A DNA stretch of 64,000 nucleotides from Lama guanicoe (taxonomy: Eukaryota), in the NCBI GenBank assembly GCA_013239625.1, contig MU053810.1, forward strand, positions 2,057,518 through 2,121,517. Direction: 5' to 3'. A program made the translations under genes and the position numbers. The stretch's first letter is position 1. Every line of letters begins with the position of its first letter. Of this stretch, positions 37,819 to 50,797 are shown piece after piece. Under the pieces are notes generated by a model that saw only the letters and a program-made list of their open reading frames with translations, did not search any database and was not told the DNA's origin.

Positions 37819-40800
37819 CACAGCACCAGCTGCCCCATGACTTGTCTCTATTCGTGGAGGCAGACATTTAACCCGGGACTCAGCCCAGGATCGTGGGAAG
37901 AAAGCTGAGCCGAGAGGAGGCTCCTGATGGGATCACTGGGAGGCCAACGTGCAGCACGCCTGGCGAGGAAACGCCATGAGGCAGCACCGGTGGGTGGCAG
38001 ACTCCTAAAGCCCACCCCCCACTCCCTGGGGCAGAGCAGGGCAGGGCCCAGTCACCATCTGCGAGGAAAGGGAGACTGCAGCCAAAAATATGTCTTTATG
38101 ATGATAAAGTCTCCCTTTCCTCCCCAGAGGCCTGCCCCCTAACCAGGTTGATAAGGTCTTCTGCGGGGCAAAGGCAGGGCAGGTGTGCGGTGATCCCCAG
38201 ACAAGATCGGAGTCTCCTAAGCTGAGCACTTCTCAGCAGTGACACAGACCCACTGTGCGCTCTGCACCTGCCTGGGCTGGCTCCCAGGACCCACCCCACC
38301 CCCACCACCAAGTTCATTCCAAGGAAGAACCTGGGGACGGAGGGGTGAGGAGGATCATTGCCCCGGGAAGCCCACACTGCCTGTGGTGTGGTGGGTCATG
38401 AAGGTGTCTCTGTGTCCTTAGCAGCTGGATTTACAGAAGGGCAGCAAGACAGCCCAGCAGCTACGGGGTGCTTCCGGATGGCTTGATCGCTTGATTTAAC
38501 AGTAGCAATCTGTGATTCTATTTTCTTTCATGTATCACTTTTTCCTGGAGCTAACTGTTAATCTCTTTTATTATCTGCACTGTTCCAGTCATTTGAGGTA
38601 CAATTTTTAAAATGTCTTTGCAAAATCAAAAATTATCCCTCAAGCCAATGCTACGTTCCTAACAGTTCCTCCTTCTAGACTCCCATGCCATCTCTGTTTT
38701 CATTTTCTAGTCTAGTCTTAGAGGAGTTTTATTACTATAAGGTATTGCAAACCTCTTTTAAGAAAATGTAGGATACATGAAGATCTTTAAACGCCTGGGC
38801 ACGTGCCTCTGTGAAACTTGCTGCGGGAAAGATGTAACATAGGATTCCCAAGGAATGCAAAATATGGACACAATAAAATTTGAATAACGTAAATGAAATG
38901 CTTACAATTAAGGAGACCAACTCAGTCTGCTTGGGACTTTTCCAATTTATGCACTGAAAGTTCTGCTTCCCAGGAACCCCTCTGGTCTTAGCAAATTGGC
39001 ACCATTGGTCCCTCTACTTACACCATGCCAGGCTCTGTGCCCAGCGCGTCACAAGCCTTAGCTGGTATAATCGTCACCATTTACAGACGGTAAATGCCCA
39101 TTTTACAGACAGAGAATCTATTGAAAGTTAGCAAGATTCAGCAACTTGGTCAAAAATATCAGAGCCACGTGGGAGCTGGTGTTTAAATGCCAGCAATCTT
39201 GACTCCAGAAACCAAACTATGGGCTACACCACACCAAAGTGATGACGGAAGAAACGACACAACAGCACAAGAGTAATTTACAAAGAAGCACTGGAAACTC
39301 AGAAGCACTGTGGTCTGAGAGGAGCTTCTAGGAGAAGTGGGGGCTTGATCTGAACTCGGAAGATGCAGCAGTGAGCTATGCATTCCTGCCGTGGGGCAGC
39401 CAGGAGTCAGAGGGAAGGGAAAGAAAAAAGGGGAAAAAAAAGAGGTTTAATGTTTGGGGAGATATGCAAGGCAGGTTTCTCATGCTTACAGAGGCAACTC
39501 TAGTTCCCCAGGGCAATTGTCATTCAATCACCTGATCCTGTACGAGTAACTGTAGGTCTGTGTTCCCATCACGTCTCCGAATATGACATCAGCCACCTTC
39601 CCACTGGGCAGTGGAGGCCCCCATTATGACGCCACTTAACAATTTTCAAAATCATTTTGTAGAACACTGCCCGAAACATGTTACCTCCCCCAGTCATCAT
39701 CAGCATAGTGACAATCTCCACTCCCACAGACACGCTAAGACTCCAGCAGAAAATACAATTAAGTCCAGGAGACTATTTAACCATTTTCTTCCCTAAACTT
39801 AAATGATAAGACTTACAATGTCGCTTTAATCAAACGCAAGTTGAATGTTTAAAGATTCTTAATTACCTGCTAATTACAAAAGGAAACATACGTTAAGTTA
39901 GGTACTTTTCAGAACTATGCATACATACATCACATTTGACCATTTCATTTATATATTTGGCTTGGCTGTCTCAAGTGAGAACTTCTAAAATACTGTTTTA
40001 GGACTCTGCAATTCCTAACTGTTGAAAAAGACACACAATCAGTTATATTTTAAATTACCTGCCATTTAAACGTTGTCTCTGAGGCCCAGCAAAGCAGTAC
40101 GTTTTGATTTCAAAGCTAACTGGTTTTCCTCTAGAAATCGTTAAGTCTGTGAATGTTCTTTGACAAAACTGAGCTAAGACATCACGTTGGTTTGAACAGA
40201 ACTAGAGAACTTTGGACTGAAGACTACCTGCTATAATAATCTAACCAATTTACTCCTATATTGAGATTTGAAATTTCGACTTGTGTAGTTTTTTTCTCAG
40301 ATTTGTTTCTAATTTTTAGCTACCTAAGCCAGAATGAACTCCCCACCTTGTAACCATAACCCAAACCATAACCCAAAGATGAGCAAATAATTTCTGCTCC
40401 AAGTTACAGAGTCTTCAACAATATTTTTACAGCACAAAATCCATATGGTGTGTGTCTGTGTCTACAGGCACGTGCACGCTATCCCCCAAAACAAGACAAA
40501 AACAGAAAAGAAAGGAACGTACAGCACGGGCGTGTATGTGGTTTCCTGACAACAACTATATAATTTGGGGCAGTTCTTTGATAAGATGAAAGCAGTAAGG
40601 AACGTAAGGACAGCAGGTAGACAGGGACGCTGCTCCATTTAGGTGAACCGTATCGCTGAGACTAGCTTTTGCACACACATTATGACTGAAAAGTCAGCTC
40701 ACAGCAAATCCCAATTTTCCTCAGTGACTACTACTGCAGATATTGTGTAAATCAATCTTACACACCGTCACTCAAGTACAATGAAAGAAAATCTCATTAC

Positions 40801-43800
40801 GCCATTAAAGAGACTATCTATAAATACGAATTATATCAATATAGGTGATGTATTCTTAAAGACTTAAAGCTGGGCAATGATCTGGTTTATTCTCCTACTA
40901 ATCAATTCAAACACTGACTCTTAGGGAATACCATCAATCCACAATGTAATTTTACATTAGACTTCTAAGCGACAAGCCACACCCAATGTCATACCTAGAC
41001 ATGGCTGAGGATTGCCTGCATTTGTGAACGAGTAAATATAATTTTTTAACCAATGGACATTTACGAAACTGACTCATTGCACCCCTGACATGAACTGGAG
41101 GTAGGGAAATGTGGGAAAATGAGTGTTCAGGATTGTCCGGCTCTCCCAGAGCCCAAGCTCTAAGTTCAAGGTGAGTGGCTGGGGCCGGAGAAACAGGCAG
41201 GTACGAAGAGCCACAGTCAGGCAGGGAGGTGAGCAGAGGGTCACTGTGACCTAAGGCACAATTACAAGGACACAAGACAGGCTGTAGGAAAGAGCTTGAC
41301 AAACAGACCCGCAAACAGCAAGTTCGGTACACATGTGTCAGGATGTGATGTAAGACAAAGCTCAAGAACCAGAATGAAAAATGCAGCCTGAGCAGATGAG
41401 GGCTCTTTTGTGAGCGAGAGAGGAGGTCAGACAACAAGAAACGGGACATCTGGCCACAGGAGAAGCAGCGCACAACACCGCGCCTGGGCAACAGGACCGA
41501 CCAAACAAAATGCAGAAACTCGATACATCACCCAGCTGTTTCAGCCCCTGGACATTTTAAGTGGTTCCCGCAAAGTCAGGACCTAACACCCCCATGACCT
41601 ACTAGCCTGGGGCTCGGGGCCACAGGAGGTGGGGCACCTGGATGAAACAGGAAGCCGGGGGAGAACAGGGAAATCCGTGACTACGGAGATAACAGCATGA
41701 CTTTACTGTTTTACACGTAAGACAGAACCGTACATATGTAAGTACACTCAGTCTGCTATCCAAGTTGGATATCGCTATTGAGCCATGGAAACAAAAACTG
41801 CCATTTCCACTTTTATTGCCAATGTTTAACAATACGCAATAATGAATAATAAAGAACAAAACAAGAATGCCTACTCTCTCCTTTACGTGATGAATTCATA
41901 AAGCCACTTAGAATTTACAAAGCTCTTCCAGAGTCAACCAACTTGACACACGTGCTGCAGCCATTCATATCCTTCCTGATGGTCCAACCTTCTCTTTTTC
42001 CCCAGTCAACTCAGCTTCACAGGAAATACATTTTTAAAGTTTTTATTGTTTGCTACTTTGTCAGATGGTTCTCCTTCAGACACATATGGAACACTTTGAT
42101 TTAACTTTGGCAAATCAATGAAAGACACATGTGCGTCTTGGGACAAGTGCTATTCATTAGTCTTTGAGCCCTTCCCCAATTTCACACTCAGAAAAGGAAA
42201 CTTACAACGTTTCTTTTATTCCAAGTCTACTGATACTAGAGAGAGGAGTTTTTTTAAGGACTTCAATCAGAATCCTGAACCTTTGTGTTGGGGGAACAAC
42301 AGAACTAACCACAAGTTTCTAACAGTTTACACCGTGTGCTTGCTTTCTAGGATAGACGTACTACTAGCGACTAAATAGAATCATGTCATATTCTGCTAAT
42401 TGGATTTTACATTACAAAGGAATCATTCATTTTCCTATAGATTAGTTTCATCACAGAGATTTGGTATTTCAACCATCAACTCTTTAAATCTTCCTAAACG
42501 TAAATGAAGATATTAAACCATCCCTTTTTTTTTTGACCATTGCTAGCCAACGTCTCAAATTCGGATCAGAAATAACACTCAAAAACAGCAGGGAAATAAC
42601 ACAACTGGGAGTCTCTTCTTGAATGTATTTTTCTTTACCGAAGTCAGGCTGGGAAGGAGTTAGTTTTTTTTTTTTTCCAGGGGATTGGGGTTGCCAATCA
42701 GTAATCAAAAAACTGAATTCGTGGCTAAAATAGAAATACCGGAGTTTATTTTCAATGAAGGCAAAGAGTTTAAAATCAGGAGCATGTTTTCTTACAGGTT
42801 CTTCTGGTTATCTAACTTTAAGTAAAGCGCTCATCACTAAAAACCTGTAACATGAACTTGGGGCAGGATGCCGTCTCTAAATCACAAAATATAAGTCCTC
42901 AGTGGGAAAGAGAATCAACAGAATAATGAATGTGAATACTGGGCCAAGGACTGTGACTTTATGGACACTGCTCATATTAAAAAGGACTTTGAAACACTGC
43001 TGGGTGGATTCATATCCATCACTTTCAAAACACATGAATAGTTTATTATGGTGCCTGTGGTTAATATTTCTGTTCCCAGTGTCATGGCAAATTCAGCTTT
43101 TAATGATGGCTATTGTTCTGAGGAACTTAAGGCAGACCTTAGGGGTCTTCACTGAGGCTGGGAAAGCAATGACTGCTCCTGCCTTGGCCTCCTTCCATGC
43201 ACCATCTACTGATTGAGCACCCCGACCCTGTGCTGGGACTGGAAGGAAAGCCACATAGCACGTGCAACTCCCTGTCTCTGTGGACTTCATGATCAAAGAA
43301 ACCAGAATACCCTGAGACAGAAACCACAAAAGGTATGAATTCCAGAGTTCTGATAGGCACTTCTACTCTCCTGAGTCTCTACCGAGGACAGATGTCCCCC
43401 TAAACAAAAACACGGAGAGAGAAGTATTCATATCAGAATGGAAGTGCTGACGTAGGAATAATTGACTGACTTTTCGATTATGAAAGGTCATTAGCTGACT
43501 CAGGCTTTGTAATAAACAGGTCACAATGCTACATTCTGGTGATACACCCTACATGACTGCTTTTCAAAAAAATTACAATGAGGGTTATTATAACACTGTT
43601 ACTTGCAAGTCTAACTTTAGACACTAATAAAGATGAATGCCAGGTTTTAGTGTTTTAACACATGCAGCAAAGCTGTTTCTTTATATTTCAGATCAAATTT
43701 GATTTGAATATATTTATATATTCAACAGTATCTACTGAGTGTCTAATACAGGTACTGTTTTAGGTGCTAATTTTCTGCCTACAATACCTTTTCTCCCATT

Positions 43801-44247
43801 TCACTGCTTGGCTAATTCTAACTCCATATTTTATTTACTCCATCATCATGCCTTCCTGAGCACAATGGGTTTATGCATCTGGCTCACCCGCCAGAACGTG
43901 AGTTCTCTGAAGACAATAACTGTATCTTTTATTTTTGTGTTTCCAGCATCTCACACATATGGGAGATACTAGATAAATATTTGGTGAAAGAACTGACAGA
44001 GTTATGGGTGTTTACCAGGGCTACTGGCTACCTGATTGGCGCACTGCCCTCTTGGCATGCCTACAGACAATATACTGAGAGTTCCAGAATGTACTGAAGC
44101 ATCTCTTGCAACTTCTTTTGAGGACATATTACATGGGATGGGAGGCTATAAGCACAGCCTGGAATTCAGAAACTTGTTTCTCCATCAGTTCGGACGGGAC
44201 TAGGTCATCCCAGTAAGATTCTTTCACAGCAAAATGGAAAAGCTCAC

Positions 44248-44328
44248 AAGGTTGGAGCACTGGAAATGTCTGTTTTGAAAAGCGCACCTGCTTTTCCTTC
44301 CCCATCACACTCCCATCCCCTGTATACT
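44248..44328 (-). CDS. Candidate alternative 81-nt in-frame NEBL cassette exon
   Basis: Acceptor tgtgtctgttttcctccag, donor GTGAGC, phase 1-1, open frame (E)YTGDGSVMGKEKQVRFSKQTFPVLQP. Prediction only. Confidence 0.4.
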
Positions 44329-44913
44329 CTGGAGGAAAACAGACACACAAAAAATACCTGAAGCAAAACTGAACACAAGTTCAAACGGAGAAAGGTAAAC
44401 ACTGGGTGAGATGGCAAACATAAAAATACCAGCAACACAAAACATTATGAATTAACGAAACTCGAAGAAATACAAAGCAGTACCAGGAGGCAAATACATG
44501 TTGCGGGCAAATGACCTAAAGATAAACACGAAGATCAAAGAAAAGCTCTCAGTGAAATAAGCAGAAACCATCAGGCTTATTTCCACTTGAGGAACTGTGT
44601 GTCAAAGGAAAATACCTTAACCTCATCATCTAATACCAAAAGACTACAAAGATAATTTCAAATAACACTACTCAAGGATCAAAACAAAAATAGATGACGT
44701 TTAAATGAAAGCCTCATTGATTGAATCAAAGTAACACAGTAGAGATGGGAAATGCAAACCCTTTGGTAACATAAGACCTCGGAAAGTAGACTGAAAAGTA
44801 CAGAAAGCCCAACATAATCACATGAGAAAATGAAAACATTAAGCCATCAAAGCAAGAAGGGAAAATATCATGCGAAAATGCGTAACTAAAATAATGATAA
44901 AAACGTAAAGGAG

Positions 44914-46074
44914 CTGCCCCCGCCTCCCCAGCTCCCCGGGTGTGGGGGGGCATCGGCGCCCGGGGCTGGTTGTCCAGACACCGAGACAGGCATGGAGAAG
45001 GGCGCGGACGCCCGGCTCAGAGCCGGGGAAGGGCTAGGATGTTGGCAACTGGTCTTGAGCAAGGAGGCCCCACCCGCTCCTGGGTTCCCCGGGCCAGTTT
45101 GTTTTCCTTTGCAAGTAAATGAGACCAGGCCCCTTCCCTCTGCCCACGCACCTCCCCGAGGGCTTGAAGGCTGGTCGCATCCTGGTCCCATCCCACTCCT
45201 TTCTGCGGCCTCCCTCCACCAGAGGCCCGCCTGCCGCCATACGGCCCCTGCGCCCGCGCCGGCCGTGGCCCCGCAGTCCTCCCACCCGCTTCTTCGCAAC
45301 CGCCGCCCGGCAGCGCTCTGGCTCCAGTAACGACTGTGAACTGTTGGGGGTGCATCCTGGTGCCAGGACTGGAGAAGTTAAACGAGCTTTCTTCTCCAAG
45401 TCCAAAGAGAATGGGTCCCGGAAAAGGGCGTGGAAAAGGACATGATGGCAGTGCTGCCCCACCCCGGCTGCGCCCTGCCCGGGATCCCGCGAACCCAGCC
45501 CCGCACGGCCGCTTGGTGGAGCTGAGTGAAGCATACCAAGTGCTCAGCCAGGAGCAGAGCCGGCGCAGCTATGACCGCCAGCTCCGCTGGGCAACTTCCC
45601 CGAAGTCTCTAGGAACCACAGCCCATCCCAGTCTGCTCATCAAACACGCAGCTCCTGGACACCCCCCCCCCCCCGTAAGAGCCAAGGCAGCAGCCCCACA
45701 AACATGGGGTACTGCCTCATGATCACGCTGGCAGGCAGGGTCCTGCACTATGTTGCCTTCGGGAAGCTGGAGCAGATGCACCGTGGCTTCATGGATGAAA
45801 AGGATCGGATCATCACAGCCATCTACAGCGATGCTCGGGCCACGGCAAGGGCCAGGGCCAACAGAGCCAGGCTCCAGCAGGAGCAGCAGCAGAGACAGCA
45901 GCTACAACCACCACCAGGGCCTCCTCAAGGCCCCAGGATCGTGCCCCCTGGCCCTAGACCCTGAGCCGCTCACCTGGATGGGGCTGCGGCATGCTCCCTG
46001 CTTGCTTTCCTCCTGGGACACCCCACTCCCCAAAACGCATGGAATAAGGTGATTCTTAGCACTTAAAAAAGAAA
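44914..46074 (+). pseudogene. DNAJC4: Processed pseudogene of DnaJ homolog subfamily C member 4
   Basis: Fragments ELLGVHPGA..EVKRAFFSKSKE, VELSEAYQVLS, GYCLMITLAG and FMDEKDRIITA match DNAJC4. Start reads gccgccATA (45239-45241), HPD reads RPA, there are frameshifts, the poly(A) signal reads AATAAG (46043-46048), and there is an A tail. TSD aaaaa(c/a)gtaaaggag at 44899-44913 and 46075-46089. Confidence 0.95.
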
Positions 46075-47254
46075 AAAAAAGTAAAGGAGAAGGCTTCTAT
46101 GTAATGCTTATGGAAACCAAATGTGAGCGATGCAAACATTATACTTCTGCCTCAAGGAAATGAGCTGATTGTTTAACCCTTTGTCCTAACAACCAGAATT
46201 TCCTGTAACTCAGCAAAAGGACCCTGAAACCAAGACTCTCATAACTGCCCAACCACTTAATTCACAAGTAAAACAGATCACCTTCAGGCCATAAACACTT
46301 CCTCATATAAGAAGAGAAAGAAAAAAGAAAAAGTGTTTATTTAAATGTATGGCACTTAGGTAATGTAAAACATCTTAGAAAAGCTACTTGTTCTACATCC
46401 TTCTTGTTACAGATGTGGAATCTGAGCCTAATAAGGTTAGGTGGCCTCCCCAGAACCCAGACCAACAAGTGGGAGAGCCAGGATGAAGCCCCCTGCTCCC
46501 TGCACAGCATTCTGTCCACTGCTGCCCCGCCACACACACCACCTGCACGGCAGGAAGACAGCCTGATGTTAAAGGACGTCTTTCTGGGACATAACACATT
46601 TTATCAAATGAAATTCTAATCTAAATTTAAAGAAATCAGCAAAATCTGGAAGAAAAAAATGGCATTTCTAAATACTTATATGAACATTCTCTTTTTTCTT
46701 CATCTTACTACTAACAAGTATTGTTCCAAAATCCTCTTCAATTTCTAGAATAGTATTTAAACAAATACATATGATTAACTAAGGACACTAAAGGTTTTCA
46801 TCAAACAGCTGTCATCACCATAAAAGTTTCCTCCCTCTACGGAGTCACTCAGCACCTCCTTCCCAGGGCCCAGCATGGTGCACATTTCAAAGGGGACCCC
46901 AAATTTCAAAGCAACCAAGATGTCATGGATACTACTTCTTTGCCATCCCATCAGAAAAGAAAATACTCTGGGAATGTTTCCATTTTAGGGTTTTTTTTTA
47001 AAGCTCTGCTTTAATGTCACTGAAACATATCAAAACATCATCCAAACAAAAATGGAAGAATTTTCTTGAAAGCTTTCTGCAACAGAATTTTATTTAAAAA
47101 AAAGTTAAACTTACGTACATTTATATATGCAATTCTAGTTTTTAAGATATTAATTTTTTGCACACCTAAAACTAATACAATGTTATATGTCAGTTATATC
47201 TCAATTTGTTTTTTAAAAAAAGTGGAATGGAATGGGGGGGGAATATTAATCTGA

Positions 47255-48200
47255 CCATTTCATTCATTCACCAAATATTTGCTGAGTGCTTATTCTAAGA
47301 GCTGCTGGAGAGAGAGTAGTAAACAAAACAGCCAATATCCCAGCCCTTGTGGGGTTTCTGTCCCCGTGGAGCAGAGATGGACAAGCACATAAACAGATAA
47401 ATGTATATCTCGGTGGGTGTCAAGTGCTATGAAGGAAAAAAGCAAAGAGCAAAGGACCAGACAGGACAGAAAGGGATGCTGTTTTATCTCTGGTCGTTAG
47501 AGAGGGTCTCTCTGATAAATTGACATCTGAGCAGAAACATGAAGAAAAATGGGCCAGGCAAGCAAATACCTGGGGTGCGATGGGGGGGGTAAGAGCTTTC
47601 TTGGCAGGTGTGAGTAAAGCAGGGAGCCCTGGGTGGCCGAGCTGCCAAGGGCATGGAGAACGGCAGGAAGTGAGCTCAGAGTGGCAGCTGGGCCCATAGC
47701 AGATGAAGGTCCTGTAGGTGACGGTGAAGATCTGGGTGACATTCAGAATGAAATGGTGGCAGAACAACGTAATCTGACTTGTGCTTCACAAGCTCCTCTG
47801 GCTGCCAGGTGGAGAACAGACCAGGGAAGAGGGTTGGTAACTCGGGGTGATGAGACCGGAAGCAGAAAACTAGCCTGGAAGCTTCTGTGATGACCCAGGG
47901 AGAGAGGGCAGCAGCTGAATTAAGCAGCCAGGCAGAGGTGGGCACAGCGGTCAGATTTGGGATGTATTTTTCCCAGGAGAGCTGGCAAGGTGTGCTAACG
48001 GTTTGGCTGAGGATGTGAGTAAAAGACAAGCATGGAGGGTGATCCCAAAGGGTTTGGATTGAGTATCTGGAAAGTTGCAGCTGGGAAGCCCAGAAAGCAG
48101 CAGCATTTTATGGGGACAGTGCGGAGTGGGGAGGGGGGTGGTTTGGGACATATTAGGTTTGCTATGTCACTAATCGTTTGAAGGCAGACATAAGGTGCCA
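47255..48200 (-). mobile_element. L2 LINE 3' fragment
   Basis: cattcattcaccaaatatttgctgagtgc tail followed by about 0.9 kb of L2-like antisense body. Confidence 0.8.
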
Positions 48201-48959
48201 GTCAGCAGAATAAATGAATTTAGGAGCATGTCCCCAGGCATCCTAAAATCTTTTTGAATTAACACAGATACCCCGCGGGCATGCCATCACTTGTGCTAAT
48301 GTTATAAAACTTACTGGTACATCTTTACTCTTGCTTCACACCTCAGTATCTGTTTTCCAAAATTGGAAATGTCACCAAACACAGAGCATCTTGGCCTTGT
48401 AACAGGTGACCGAGAAGGACGGGTTATAAATGTCTCCAGAGTCAGTTCCTCTTAAAAGGCATTTTTTAAGTTACTGAGACAACTGCTTCCTGCCAATTTC
48501 CCCCCTGCCATCTTTCACAGAGTCTGAAATTCCTCCGTTTAAAAGAAAAGTAATTATTCCCTCTTAACCATGTGTTACTCAAATTCTAGTGCAAATGCAA
48601 GAATATTTATGCATACCTTCTTTTAATGGAGATATTTTCTTATTCAATTTGGCGTAATAATTAGAACTAATTAGAAAAAAGGAGTAGTGGCTTGAGAAGA
48701 GAAAGAGGAGATAAACCAATGGCAGTGGGTTTTTATAACGCAGCCTCGGAGGAGAGAATGGAATGGGAGACACGTGAACCTGGCGTAGAGGGAGCTGAGA
48801 AATTTGCGGGTATCTTTCTCTGCATAGACCCATCCAAGACCTTCTCAGGGACACAGATGATGACTTCCATGTTATCTCCAGCACAGCCTCCTCCCCTGAA
48901 CTCTGACTGCCGGCACCATGCCTCCATTTGAAAGTCTCACTGACGCACCACTTCACTGC

Positions 48960-49330
48960 TCTGTTCTTTCTATGAGAAACATTATTTTCCCAGAGCCCCT
49001 TTGGCCAAGTTAACTTCCATTTAGCATTCACATCTCAGTTGAAATCTTCCCTCTCTGGGGAAGGCTTCCCTGACATCAAGGCCAGATGGAATCCCACCTT
49101 GTACCCCCATGCCCTCCCCTCAAAGCACTTACTCTGTTCATAATTATATATTACTTGGGTAAGTATCTGCTTAATGTCAGTGTCCCCCACCAGACCCCAA
49201 GCCCCTCAGAGCAGATGTATATCTCTCTTGCTCACTGCTATAGGCATGGCCAGATCCATGCTCTTGGCTGGTGTACAAAAGTCACTGGATAAATGTTTGG
49301 TGAATAAAGGAGTGAATGCTGTGAATGAAA
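48960..49330 (+). mobile_element. L2 3' end
   Basis: cagttgaaatcttccctctctggggaaggcttccctgac...ataaatgtttggtgaataaaggagtgaatg. Confidence 0.7.
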
Positions 49331-49699
49331 AGGGTCCCTGACAAAACAAAGACTCTAAGGTGCATTGCACTGGGGAGAGACACCAGCTCCAGGAGGCTGA
49401 GTTCCATAAAGTTAAATAAGGTTGATCGAAATCTGTTCTTACATTTACTTCGGGTTTTACTTATTTCATCAGGCATCAACATTGTTCTGTATCTCCAGAC
49501 CCACAGAGGTCACTGAAGGGAGAAGTCAATAGCCCCAAGTCCAAAAAAAAAAAAAAGTTACTGAATCATTTGTTAGAGAACCAGACACAGAAAGGGGAGC
49601 TCTCTCAGGTCTATCTTATCTACAAGAAAGCAACACTAGTTTATAAACATTTCATTAGAATCATAGAGAAAGGAGATTCTTAAAAATTGTCTACCAAAG

Positions 49700-50100
49700 A
49701 TGGAATCTTAAAAAAAAAGAAAGAAAGAAAGAAGAGTCAAAGTCATAGAAACAGAGTAGGAAACTAGTAGCCAGAGGTCGAAGGGTGGGGCAAATATGGA
49801 GAGATGGGTAAAAGGGCACAAATTTTCAGCTCTATAGTGAATAAAGTTTGAGGATCTAATGGAAAACATGGTGACTATAATTGATAACACTGTACTGTAT
49901 AAATGAAATTTGCTGACAGAGTGTTCTTGCCCACCCTCCCAAAAAAAATGGGAGGTGATGGATATGTAAATTAACTAGATGGAAGGAATACTTTCGTGAT
50001 GTATACATATTCCAAATCACCATGATGTACACTTTACATAGCTTACAATTTTATATGCCAATTATATCTCAAGAAATCTGAAATTTAAGGGGGACAAAAA
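49700..50100 (+). mobile_element. L1MA-type 3' end
   Basis: gaggatctaatggaaaacatggtgactataattgataacactgtactgtataaatgaaatttgct, characteristic of L1MA9/10 3' UTRs. Confidence 0.85.
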
Positions 50101-50762
50101 AACCTTTCCACCAAGCTAAGGCCAATCTGAATATATCATTTAAGATGTATTGACTATAACTGATTTTATTTTCATAGGTGTTTTCCTATAATGAATGCAA
50201 AAATCAATTACCCAATTATAAGAGATTTCCTAGTTTCATCAGGTCCTCAGTCACATGACCTTTTCCCCCCAAGATGTTAAATTGCTCAACTTCAAAATCT
50301 CCTGCATTAGGGATTTCTGCCTTTGGCTGAAAAGGAAATTCGGTAATCCTTTTGTTCTCATATGCTCAGTCCTCTTCCCCTCCCCATGGCAGCAGGAGGA
50401 GTTTAATATCCAAAACAATTTCAACTACCAATTTCTAGACCAAATCCACCAGCTTGGATGCAGAAAACAGGAGGAAGAAAAGGATGGTTACATAAAATAC
50501 AGAGAAGATTATTAACAATCAATAGTATTTTCCATTAAAAAAAAATCTCATATCGTAAGTATTTCTTTTTGGCAAGATCTAACTCTGTCTGCAAATGTAT
50601 ATCAATATTTAAACACACAAATTCAAAGCAACCTCTTAACCACTCAAATATAAGTGTAAGATTGATTTTCCTTAATGGAAATCAGATACAAACTCCACAG
50701 AACTCAAGTTTCCACTCTGGCTTGTGTATCTATCATATACAACGCCTGCGAAACAGACTCAC

Positions 50763-50797
50763 ATAGCAGATCCCAAGACCTTGTTGCCATTAAAGAT
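50763..50797 (-). other. Candidate 35-nt alternative NEBL exon with overlapping stop/start
   Basis: Branch point CACTAAT (50851-50857), an AG-free pyrimidine tract, TAG acceptor, and a perfect GTGAGT donor. Prediction only. Confidence 0.55.

Noticed and set aside
40952..41491. 179-aa intronic ORF on the NEBL strand
   Set aside because: No nebulin-like or other motif, and no convincing splice sites found.
41725..41790. Possible cryptic exon (AISNLDSRLSVLTY)
   Set aside because: Weak acceptor and donor; phase incompatible with the next exon.
45119..45964. Functional J-domain retrogene
   Set aside because: ATG lost, HPD reads RPA, and there is a frameshifting insert plus deletions.
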